Shown here: positions 56,054-63,420 of the stretch, in pieces | Numbering within the stretch: the first letter of the stretch is position 1 | Layout of the letters: every line of letters starts with the position of its first letter | Origin: a virus | Taxonomy: Duplodnaviria; Caudoviricetes | Reading direction: 5' to 3' (one strand) | DNA length: 64,000 nucleotides | Virus record (IMG/VR): IMGVR_UViG_3300033070_000552 | Coordinates: 24,799-88,798 of that record | Translations under genes and position numbers: made by a program | Notes under the pieces: model-generated | What the model saw: only the letters and a program-made list of their open reading frames with translations | Databases searched by the model: none | Told to the model about the DNA's origin: nothing

Positions 56054-56935
56054 TTAGGGCGTCGGCCCGATGACCTCGAACAACTCCGCGTTGCGGTCGT
56101 GGGCGATCTTCCAAAGCTCGGTCTGCCTCTCGGGCGACGACTCGGCCCAATGATCCCGCATTTGAAAGACGGCGATGGAAAGGGACCGGGCGGCGGCGAG
56201 CAACTTGTCGTAATCGGGCGATCCCGGCGTGATATTTCGTGGTGAAATAACCACGTCGCCTCCCCAAGATATCGGCTCGTGGCCGGGATAGCCCTTGGAC
56301 TTGCGGTCGGCGTGGCGGGCCTTGTCGATCTCCCACCGATCCTGGGCGGCGGTCATGTGCGGCGGGCGATGCCGACCCTCACGGGTCCAATGCTGGTGAT
56401 AGTGCGAGAGGTCGCGTCGCTGCCAAAGACACCCGAGCTTCGTCGTGACGTTGAACAACTCCTCGTCGGCGTAGAAGTGGAAATACTCGGGCCAGAGCGG
56501 GCCGCGACCCTTATTGATCCGATTGGCGAACGCCCGGCCCACCCACGGCGATCCGCAGATGCGATCGGTCCCGTCCATCGTGTCTCCGATCGGCTGCATC
56601 ACACCGAACGTGTCGGGAAACTTCTGAAGGAACTCCTCGCGAATCTGCGCGGGCGACTTGAATGGATCGGGGTCCATGTCATCACCGATCAGCACGACGA
56701 CGGGGGCGGCCGAGATGCCCTTGACGGCCCCGTACATTTCGTTGATCGCGGCGGGATAGCCGACGTACGAGCCCGCCGCGTAGACCTCGCAACCCGCGAC
56801 CTCGAACCGGCACTTGGGGTCCTGGAACATCACGACTCGATAGCCCATCGCGACCCACTTGGGGAGGTGGGCCTGGGCCATGCGGGGGTTGGCCGATGGG
56901 AGAATGACGGGAACGCGAAGATCGGTTTCGCTCAT
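56054..56935 (-). CDS. glycosyltransferase family 2-like protein
   Basis: VPVILPS, GYPAAIN, VLIGDDMDP, YFHFYADEEL, HYHQHW. Confidence 0.7.
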   Translation of the reverse strand: MSETDLRVPVILPSANPRMAQAHLPKWVAMGYRVVMFQDPKCRFEVAGCEVYAAGSYVGYPAAINEMYGAVKGISAAPVVVLIGDDMDPDPFKSPAQIREEFLQKFPDTFGVMQPIGDTMDGTDRICGSPWVGRAFANRINKGRGPLWPEYFHFYADEELFNVTTKLGCLWQRRDLSHYHQHWTREGRHRPPHMTAAQDRWEIDKARHADRKSKGYPGHEPISWGGDVVISPRNITPGSPDYDKLLAAARSLSIAVFQMRDHWAESSPERQTELWKIAHDRNAELFEVIGPTP

Positions 56936-56947
56936 GTGTGGGTCATC

Positions 56948-57190
56948 CTAAAAACTCTTGGCGACTTCATCGTGGAGGGCCTTGGTGTACTCGGACTGGG
57001 CAAGCTCCCGCGTCTTGATGGCACGGTGGTACGCGAGACCGGCGTCGATCGACGCCTCAAGGTCGGCGTCCAGCATCGACTTGGCCCGGGTATCGGCGGC
57101 GACAACGGCGATCAACGCCTCGTCCTCGGCGAGTTTGGCCACTATCAATTTGCGATGAACGGATTCGAGGTGCGGAGAGAACTTGCTCAT
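56948..57190 (-). CDS. hypothetical protein
   Basis: 80-aa helical ORF; SD GAGG. Confidence 0.55.
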   Translation of the reverse strand: MSKFSPHLESVHRKLIVAKLAEDEALIAVVAADTRAKSMLDADLEASIDAGLAYHRAIKTRELAQSEYTKALHDEVAKSF

Positions 57191-57657
57191 GGGTTCCTCT
57201 TGGGCGGGGGCTTGATGCTAGTCGGTGCGCCGACGATCTTCCAAACGGTCTTGAGGTGCGAGGCGACCGTCTTGGCGTCGTCGGCCTTGCACACCGGATG
57301 GCCGCCCCCGTAGGTCGACGACGAATCGGGTACGCCGTGCTTGCCCTCGTGCCACTTGCCGATCTGGTACTCGAACCGCAGCCCGCAGAAGCAAACCCCG
57401 CCGGGGACGTAGGCGAGCCGGGCGACCCCCTCGGCCAGCGCGTTGAACGCCTCGGCGCACCCCTTGCCGCCGAACTGGAGAACGTCACCCTTCTCGGCGA
57501 GTATCTGCGAGAGCTTGCCGTTGGTATTGCCGTCGAAGATTTCATCGAGCGTGCGGTGCGAGAGTCGCTCGGCCCATAGCGGCACGGCCATCGAGATCGA
57601 CATCTTGAGGTGCGGCATGATCCGATCGCGAATGACGTCGAACGCGCCCTGGCTCAT
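57187..57657 (-). CDS. hypothetical protein
   Basis: 156 aa; ATGA coupling at both ends. Confidence 0.6.
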   Translation of the reverse strand: MSQGAFDVIRDRIMPHLKMSISMAVPLWAERLSHRTLDEIFDGNTNGKLSQILAEKGDVLQFGGKGCAEAFNALAEGVARLAYVPGGVCFCGLRFEYQIGKWHEGKHGVPDSSSTYGGGHPVCKADDAKTVASHLKTVWKIVGAPTSIKPPPKRNP

Positions 57658-58034
57658 TGAGGTACCTCCGAGGATGTGTCGAATACCGATCCCTTTAAGG
57701 CCTCCTTCGGAATAGGCTCGTAGGGCCGCCTGATCCCCGCCATCTCAAGAAACGTGTCGGCGTACGAGAGCGTGATCTTGGCGATGATCCGCCTGTAGCG
57801 GTCGGGGTCGGCGTCACGAACCTCGTAGTATTTCCTGAGCCACTCCTGCGACGCCCTCTTGTCGTCTCCGTTGAGATCGTCGTCGGCGAAGTACGTTGGC
57901 TCGGGATCAAGCCCGTACTCGTGGGCGATCTCGTGCCGATCGACTTGATATCGATCGGCGATCCAAACCCGCAGAAGGTCGTAGTCATTCGGAGGCCCGT
58001 ACATGGCGAACTTCTTGCTTTCCGGTTGTGGCAT
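57654..58034 (-). CDS. hypothetical protein
   Basis: 126 aa; palindrome and GGAG upstream. Confidence 0.6.
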   Translation of the reverse strand: MPQPESKKFAMYGPPNDYDLLRVWIADRYQVDRHEIAHEYGLDPEPTYFADDDLNGDDKRASQEWLRKYYEVRDADPDRYRRIIAKITLSYADTFLEMAGIRRPYEPIPKEALKGSVFDTSSEVPQ

Positions 58035-58075
58035 CGGGTCACTCCGTTATTTCATGGTGAAATATGGTCGGGCCT

Positions 58076-58314
58076 CTACCTGGACGTAGATGATTGGTTT
58101 GCGATCATCGCGGCCCACTGATCGGCGGGGACCATCACGACATCGATCACCTCGCCCCGAGGTCCGTCGACCTTGGGGCCAAACCTCGCCTCGCGAAAGG
58201 GCTCGGCCTCCATCGCCGTTGAAAACCCGCACCGGTACATCGTGCCGTCGGGGAACCGAACGGCGTGCAGTCGCACGGCGGTGTCGGCGGGTGGGGGGTC
58301 GGGGTGTTGCTCAT
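58076..58314 (-). CDS. small protein; motif-led ATG needs a -1 shift in a C6 run to reach the GC3-rich frame
   Basis: ATG 58314 lies 3 nt after CGGGAACGTCT; track ORF 58076..58276 is in the -1 frame. Confidence 0.45.
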
Positions 58315-58336
58315 GCGAGACGTTCCCGCGACCCGC

Positions 58337-58630
58337 TCACGACTCATGGGCTGGATCCCCGAGGTTCGATGCGTAGAAGTCGGCAAGGGCTCGCGGAGCC
58401 GACGAGGCGTTGCCCTCGGCAACGAAGTATCGCGACGCGAACTCGGACGGGTTCAACCGGGCCGTTCCGAGCGTCCCGTGCTCGTTGAGGAAGCAGAACG
58501 ACACCATCTCGTGCCCGGCCCATGAGTTCGAGATCGACATCACGATCGCGTGCCGCTGGCGGATCGGGGAGGAGTAGCACCGCCCGACCTTGAATCGAGA
58601 GGCGGGGTGTTGAGAGGCGGCGGTGGTCAT
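58337..58630 (-). CDS. hypothetical protein
   Basis: ATGA coupling. Confidence 0.5.
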   Translation of the reverse strand: MTTAASQHPASRFKVGRCYSSPIRQRHAIVMSISNSWAGHEMVSFCFLNEHGTLGTARLNPSEFASRYFVAEGNASSAPRALADFYASNLGDPAHES

Positions 58631-58992
58631 CGGGCGCAGCTCTCCTCGATCTCCCGAATGCACTCATCGCGAACGGACTCCCAATGGTCGTAGATGCACC
58701 GGATCTTCGAAACCACATCGGCACTCCGCTCCCGCCGCGTCTGTCGCTTGCGCCGGGTCTTGGGGTAGTTGGGCGGCGTGTGCTGGTTGCCGTGGCCCCG
58801 CGAGCGGTAGACCGTCGACTCGCGCTGGGGGTTGACGTGGATCTTGCGACGCTTGCGGACGGTGGCGGGTGTTCCGAACGACCTGAACGCTACAAGCCCC
58901 TCGGCCCCGATCGACTGTGTAAAGGTGAGAAACAACGCGGCGTTGGAGGATCGGCGGCGAACAGTTCGGTCGTTGACGAGTTTGTTGCTCAT
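58627..58992 (-). CDS. basic hypothetical protein
   Basis: 121 aa; variant palindrome immediately upstream. Confidence 0.55.
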   Translation of the reverse strand: MSNKLVNDRTVRRRSSNAALFLTFTQSIGAEGLVAFRSFGTPATVRKRRKIHVNPQRESTVYRSRGHGNQHTPPNYPKTRRKRQTRRERSADVVSKIRCIYDHWESVRDECIREIEESCAR

Positions 58993-59100
58993 GGCTGATA
59001 TCCCTGCGATATGGGATGGGAGGTCGGGGGTTTCGGCAATCCGCCCGCGACCCCGGTGGGGTATCGCGGACAGAGGATTTTTCAGAATGGACCACCGTAG

Positions 59101-59154
59101 TTAGCCTTTGACCGGAGGGATCGTGGGCTTTTTCGGTTTGGGCTTCTTTGCCAT
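59101..59154 (-). CDS. 17-aa basic peptide MAKKPKPKKPTIPPVKG
   Basis: SD AAAGGA 8 nt before ATG; below the track length cutoff. Confidence 0.4.
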   Translation of the reverse strand: MAKKPKPKKPTIPPVKG

Positions 59155-59277
59155 GTGGCGATTCCTTTCCGACGGAATGAACGTTCGGTTTGAGTCGGTC
59201 AACGTGTGTGGTTTATCGCATAGGTGGCCTCCTTGTGTGTGGTGTATCGCCTGGATGTCTGAGACGTTCCCGTGAGT

Positions 59278-59574
59278 CTACACGATGGGCTTGTCGCACG
59301 AGAGCAGTTTGGGAACCGGAACCTCGCCCCACCCGACCGAGAACACCGTGCGGCCCTTGACCCGCATCGCAAGATCGACGGTGTACCCCTCGCCCCTGAG
59401 CCAGTCGATGATCTGGTTTTGCACGATCGACGGGACCTCGGGGAACGTGACGCTCGTCGATACCCACCCCTTTGCGATCGCGGCGTCGATCACATCGGTT
59501 ACCGACTTCTTGTGATCGTCCGTGAGGGGGTGGGCGGCGATGGTGGCGGCGAATGCTTCTGCGGCGGTTCTCAT
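59278..59574 (-). CDS. small early-type protein
   Basis: SD AAGGAG; MRTAAEAF... Confidence 0.6.
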   Translation of the reverse strand: MRTAAEAFAATIAAHPLTDDHKKSVTDVIDAAIAKGWVSTSVTFPEVPSIVQNQIIDWLRGEGYTVDLAMRVKGRTVFSVGWGEVPVPKLLSCDKPIV

Positions 59575-59594
59575 TGCTGGATCTCCTTGAAAGT

Positions 59595-59930
59595 CTACCC
59601 GCGAACGGTCGCGGAATCGATCGTGTACCCTTGGGCCTCGACGTACTGCCGCACGCCGATCTCGGGCCCGCGAACCTGCGCCATCCGATCGAAGTTCCCG
59701 CCGAACGCCTGGGCCGTCGCGTACTCCATGTCGCGGCGGTAGCGATCCTCGAACCCGACGATCGTGGCGAGCCTGCGGCCCTTCTTGGTCTCGAAGAAAA
59801 CGATCCACGCGAGCCCGCGATGATCGGCGGTAGCGAACGGGACCGACCCGAATGCCTGAACGTCGGCGAGTACCCGATCGATCGGATCACGTCCGGGCTT
59901 GAGCTTGTTGGTGTCGGTCCTGGCGGTCAT
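59595..59930 (-). CDS. small early-type protein
   Basis: TAGGAGCCCACCC-ATG. Confidence 0.65.
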   Translation of the reverse strand: MTARTDTNKLKPGRDPIDRVLADVQAFGSVPFATADHRGLAWIVFFETKKGRRLATIVGFEDRYRRDMEYATAQAFGGNFDRMAQVRGPEIGVRQYVEAQGYTIDSATVRG

Positions 59931-59993
59931 GGGTGGGCTCCTAGCAAAGTGCGATGTATGCAAAAACGCAGAGGCGAAAGAAAAGTCGGGCGC

Positions 59994-60374
59994 TCACGGC
60001 TTGGCCTTTCGGAAATACTCGCCCGAATCGATCTGCCGATACACGTCCCGCATCTGCGCGTGCTCGTACGCCTTAAAGACCTTGAACAGTTCCTCCTTGG
60101 GAACATTGAAGTTGGCGACCTTGAGCATCTCGCGGATGAACGCCTCGGCGTGCTTCGCCTTTCGGAAATGCTCGATCATCATCCCCGACGGGAGGTGGGT
60201 CACGGTGATCGGATACTTCGACGGCTTGTCGTCGGCGGTCGGCTTGATCCGATCGTGATACGCGAGGCCACACCCCGGAATCGTTTTGGCCGTGACCGGG
60301 CGGGGCTTGATGTTGGTCACGAGCGTCACGGTGATCTGCTCGAACTTCGGATCGGTTGGTTTCGTCGTCGTCAT
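59994..60374 (-). CDS. small early-type protein; paralog of 48045..48410
   Basis: AAGGAGCCCACCC-ATG; GLAYH...VTHLPSG. Confidence 0.7.
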   Translation of the reverse strand: MTTTKPTDPKFEQITVTLVTNIKPRPVTAKTIPGCGLAYHDRIKPTADDKPSKYPITVTHLPSGMMIEHFRKAKHAEAFIREMLKVANFNVPKEELFKVFKAYEHAQMRDVYRQIDSGEYFRKAKP

Positions 60375-60405
60375 GGGTGGGCTCCTTGGGTGGGGTGGTG
60401 GGGGT

Positions 60406-60681
60406 TCAGAAACGAAGGGGGCGGCCGTTGTTCAACGCGGATGCAATCGTCGACCAAGCAAACTCGGCCTCGGCAATCTTGATCGTGCCACCGGCGCGAA
60501 CACTCGCGAAATCGCACATCCGGCCAGCGACGGTGCAAAGCGTCGGCGTCCCGTCGATGATCGCGTAGACGGAAGGGAGGAGCCGCCGTACGTCGGCGAC
60601 GGTCCACGCCTTGTCGGCGGTGAGGACGGCGATCTCGGTATCGGGGTCGGTCTGCTCTTGGAGGATGCTGGGCTTCGTCAT
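60406..60681 (-). CDS. small early-type protein
   Basis: CAGGAGCCACCC-ATG. Confidence 0.65.
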   Translation of the reverse strand: MTKPSILQEQTDPDTEIAVLTADKAWTVADVRRLLPSVYAIIDGTPTLCTVAGRMCDFASVRAGGTIKIAEAEFAWSTIASALNNGRPLRF

Positions 60682-60714
60682 GGGTGGCTCCTGGGGGTTT
60701 GGTGGGTCGAACAA

Positions 60715-60972
60715 TCACTCGGCGAGGAACTCGGTCACCTCGTCGATCTCTTTGTTGCTGATGAACGCGACCGTCTCGATCATGTTCTTTCGGACAAGGT
60801 CGAGGTCCCCGACGTGCCCCCATCCGTTCGGCGCGGCCCCGGCCTTCTCGGCGTGCTTGTCGAGTTCCATCTGCAGCACATCCATCAGGCGGGCGATGTC
60901 GTTCTGCCTCGCGGCGTAGGTCTCGGCGGCGGTGGGTTCGGGCTTGGTGGTCTTCGGGGTGCGCTTCGTCAT
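60715..60972 (-). CDS. small helical early-type protein
   Basis: AAGGAGCACGACC-ATG. Confidence 0.7.
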   Translation of the reverse strand: MTKRTPKTTKPEPTAAETYAARQNDIARLMDVLQMELDKHAEKAGAAPNGWGHVGDLDLVRKNMIETVAFISNKEIDEVTEFLAE

Positions 60973-61011
60973 GGTCGTGCTCCTTTGGGTTGGTGGTCTC
61001 TGGTAAACAGC

Positions 61012-61034
61012 GAAGCCCGCATTACGCGGGCTTC
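61012..61034. terminator. perfect GC hairpin between early genes
   Basis: GAAGCCCGC-ATTAC-GCGGGCTTC. Confidence 0.5.
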
Positions 61035-61383
61035 AGGTCGTCGGGTGGTTGTCGTTCTTGCGGTCCCAACTCGTCGTGTCTTTCGGCTGGCCAACCGCCC
61101 GGAGGTAGTCGACCAACTCGTCGGCGGCCCAGGTGTCGCCGTCGATCGCGTCGTGCTCGTTGGGGGTGTCGGTATCCCGGTCGATCTCGAAGAGGCGGAA
61201 GCCGCCGAGCGCTCCGGGGCGTGGGCCCCAGTGCCCGTCGAGGTGGCGGCCGCGTCCTGCGGGGACCGTCGCGATGTTCCAGGTGCGGCCGTCGGGCGTG
61301 TGGATCTCAATCGCGGGGATGTGGAACCCGCTCTTGGCGAGGGTCTTGGCGAGGTCGAGCGTGGTCTTCGTGGTCGCGTTCAT
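61033..61383 (-). CDS. small early-type protein
   Basis: CAGGAGCACGAAC-ATG; first gene after promoter copy B. Confidence 0.7.
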   Translation of the reverse strand: MNATTKTTLDLAKTLAKSGFHIPAIEIHTPDGRTWNIATVPAGRGRHLDGHWGPRPGALGGFRLFEIDRDTDTPNEHDAIDGDTWAADELVDYLRAVGQPKDTTSWDRKNDNHPTT

Positions 61384-61429
61384 GTTCGTGCTCCTGGGGG
61401 TCTGGTCTTGGGGATCTCGATCCCCACAC

Positions 61430-61470
61430 CGATATGATACAGTCTATCGGCGAGATGTCCACCCCTTGAC
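61430..61470 (-). promoter_or_regulatory. sigma70-like promoter overlapped by CCGATA-N10-TATCGG inverted repeat (copy B)
   Basis: TGGACA-N16-TATCAT; core identical to copy A. Confidence 0.7.
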
Positions 61471-61633
61471 CTAATTTCATGGTGAAATAAACGAGATTTC
61501 TTTCGGAACAATCTGGTAGGGGTCCGGTAGCCTTTCCCGGGGCCGCCAGGGGCCGCCAGGGGCCGCCGTACGGGGCCGGGGGCCCGGACGGGCGGTTACC
61601 CAACCCCGGAGCCCAAACCCCACCCGGGCGATC

Positions 61634-62329
61634 CTAGTGGGCGGCGTCCCGCATCCGGCGGCTGGCCTGCCGGTGGACGATCGCCGGGTCGGCCACGTCA
61701 GGCATGAGATCGGGGATGCAGACAAACCGGGGGTCGAGTTGACCGACCTTGAGCCCGCGTTGCTCGTGCTCGGCCAACACCCGCCCGAGCACATCCTGAT
61801 CGAGGTCCAGGGGCGATGATCGCTGGGCGGCGACCCACGCATCGAGCAGATCGGCAACCGCCTGGCGATCGCGTCGAAAGAGAATCGTTCCCGAGAGGCA
61901 CGCGGAGTTCACAAGCGGCCAACGGCGGCGCTGATCGGGGTCGGGCCGCAAGACCGCGATGTCATATTGGGCGGCGAGGCTATCGATCGGAGAGAGATCC
62001 GCACGCACACCGATCTCCGCATCGGCATCGAGCCAAAGCATCGGCGAGGCGTGGTCGTCGAACCGCTCGCGAAGATACTCGGGCTTGATCGCGCAGTTGG
62101 CGACCCACGATCCGCGAGAGGGCCGGGCCTCGACGCGGTAGTTGGTATGGAAGGACGGGAACCCGATACGCGAGTGGAGCGATCGCAGAAGGTGCGCGTC
62201 CATCACTTCGCGGTACTGCGGGGTGTAGAACGAGACGACCTGGAGCAAGTAGGGGCCGGGCGAGATGATCGACACCGTACCGTCGGGATTAGGGCGTAGC
62301 GACGAATGAACCGAATGGGGAATGGGCAT
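61634..62329 (-). CDS. nucleotide-diphospho-sugar transferase-like protein
   Basis: VVSFYT, SWVANCAIKP, MLWLDADA (DXD), LSGTILF, LDQDVL; ATG 3 nt after CGGGAACGTCT. Confidence 0.75.
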   Translation of the reverse strand: MPIPHSVHSSLRPNPDGTVSIISPGPYLLQVVSFYTPQYREVMDAHLLRSLHSRIGFPSFHTNYRVEARPSRGSWVANCAIKPEYLRERFDDHASPMLWLDADAEIGVRADLSPIDSLAAQYDIAVLRPDPDQRRRWPLVNSACLSGTILFRRDRQAVADLLDAWVAAQRSSPLDLDQDVLGRVLAEHEQRGLKVGQLDPRFVCIPDLMPDVADPAIVHRQASRRMRDAAH

Positions 62330-62379
62330 GGGAGACGTTCCCGGCATTCGCCCAATCCCAAGCGGATCAACGTCAGGGC

Positions 62380-63420
62380 TCATTGATCGAAACCCCTGGT
62401 GGGATCTCCGAACTCGACATTGATCTCACCGCACGCCGCCACGGCCTTCCGCCAATCGCCCTTCACGAACACCAAAACGTTTTGGTGGGTCTTGCCGAGC
62501 TTGCGGCCCGAGACAAATTGTTTGGAGGCGCGAATCGGGAGCGAGCCCAGCGACGTGACCAAGATCGCCTCGTTGTAAAGCCTGAGCCCAGCCGACTCAA
62601 ACGCCGCGATGGTCTCGCTCACGAGATTGAAGTACGGGCCCTCGGGCGAGCGAACGTCACCCACCACAAAGCACGCGAACCGATCATCGGCCAGCATGGA
62701 GCATGACTCAGCGATGATCTTGCGATATGCTGGAAGGAAATCCTTGGGTGCCATCGCCGAAAGATCACGCGGGTCGTCGCTATAGACTTCGAGATCGAAG
62801 TACGGCGGACACGAGAACACAAAGTCGTACGCGCCCTTGGCAAGCTGCCGAACTTTGGTTGAATCGCCGGTGATCCAGCGTGGACGAGGATTGGACTTGA
62901 TCACAATCTCCCCCGCCTGATCCTCGTTGGCCTTGATCTGGCGGACGTTGAGATCGATCCCGGTGTATCGTCTCCCAAGCACCGACGCCACGATCCCACG
63001 AACCGACCCGCCCGCAAATGGATCAAGGATCGCTCCGCCGATCGGGCAGAACCACCGATAGGCCAATTCACAAAGCACCGGATCGAAAATCGAGGTGCCC
63101 GAGCCATCCTCGGGATCGACGGCCATATGAAGATCGGCCCGGGCGAACTTACCATCGGGGCCGAGGGTTGATGCCCGCATCAACCCTCGGCCCGGCGCGG
63201 TGGGCGACTTGCGGCCCGCGTTGAGGATCTTTCGCGAGGTGTCGTCCTTGGACGACACCTCGCGAACCCCTTTCACCAACGTGAGGTTTTTGATGTACTT
63301 GGGCGAGGATTTGGTCTTAGGGCCGCCTATCCAGCAACCACCACCACCACCAGGAGGCAAATGCGGTTTCACTTTAGCGGGCACGCTGTACTCCCCTCGC
63401 ATGATGTCCTGGCCAAACAC
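62380..63420 (-). CDS. DNA methyltransferase, catalytic C-terminal part of a split gene
   Basis: TSIFDPVLCELAYRWF, ILDPFAGGSVRG, FSCPPYFDLEVYS, GKTHQNVLVFVKG. Confidence 0.88.
   Translation of the reverse strand: MFGQDIMRGEYSVPAKVKPHLPPGGGGGCWIGGPKTKSSPKYIKNLTLVKGVREVSSKDDTSRKILNAGRKSPTAPGRGLMRASTLGPDGKFARADLHMAVDPEDGSGTSIFDPVLCELAYRWFCPIGGAILDPFAGGSVRGIVASVLGRRYTGIDLNVRQIKANEDQAGEIVIKSNPRPRWITGDSTKVRQLAKGAYDFVFSCPPYFDLEVYSDDPRDLSAMAPKDFLPAYRKIIAESCSMLADDRFACFVVGDVRSPEGPYFNLVSETIAAFESAGLRLYNEAILVTSLGSLPIRASKQFVSGRKLGKTHQNVLVFVKGDWRKAVAACGEINVEFGDPTRGFDQ

Larger units (their letters stand above)
2076..61489. repeat. dispersed 17-bp palindrome TATTTC-N5-GAAATA, 23 copies
   Basis: Starts at 2076, 3919, 8914, 10023, 10178, 14079, 18571, 22242, 22383, 26006, 27907, 30570, 35974, 40864, 40900, 42907, 46643, 47356, 51055, 54198, 56233, 58048, 61473 (a few differ at an outer base). 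Confidence 0.95.
2299..62343 (-). promoter_or_regulatory. dispersed co-oriented motif CGGGAACGTCT, 15 copies
   Basis: Plus-strand AGACGTTCCCG at 2299, 4342, 7190, 8002, 8888, 9994, 26750, 30890, 47722, 52779, 58318, 59262, 62333; variants at 31674 and 55068. Confidence 0.92.

Noticed and set aside
2076-61489. Repeated palindromes as a CRISPR array
   Set aside because: Dispersed over 60 kb at gene junctions, not regularly spaced with unique spacers; no cas genes.
61538-61570. Short tandem GGCCGCCAGG repeats
   Set aside because: Fewer than three units in a GC-rich spacer; no supportable function.
74-62143. Long plus-strand ORFs (e.g. 74..2041, 10841..12073, 14997..16538, 23158..25404, 60286..61437)
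   Set aside because: Antisense shadows of GC3-rich minus-strand genes; no motifs, and they fully overlap recognisable genes.
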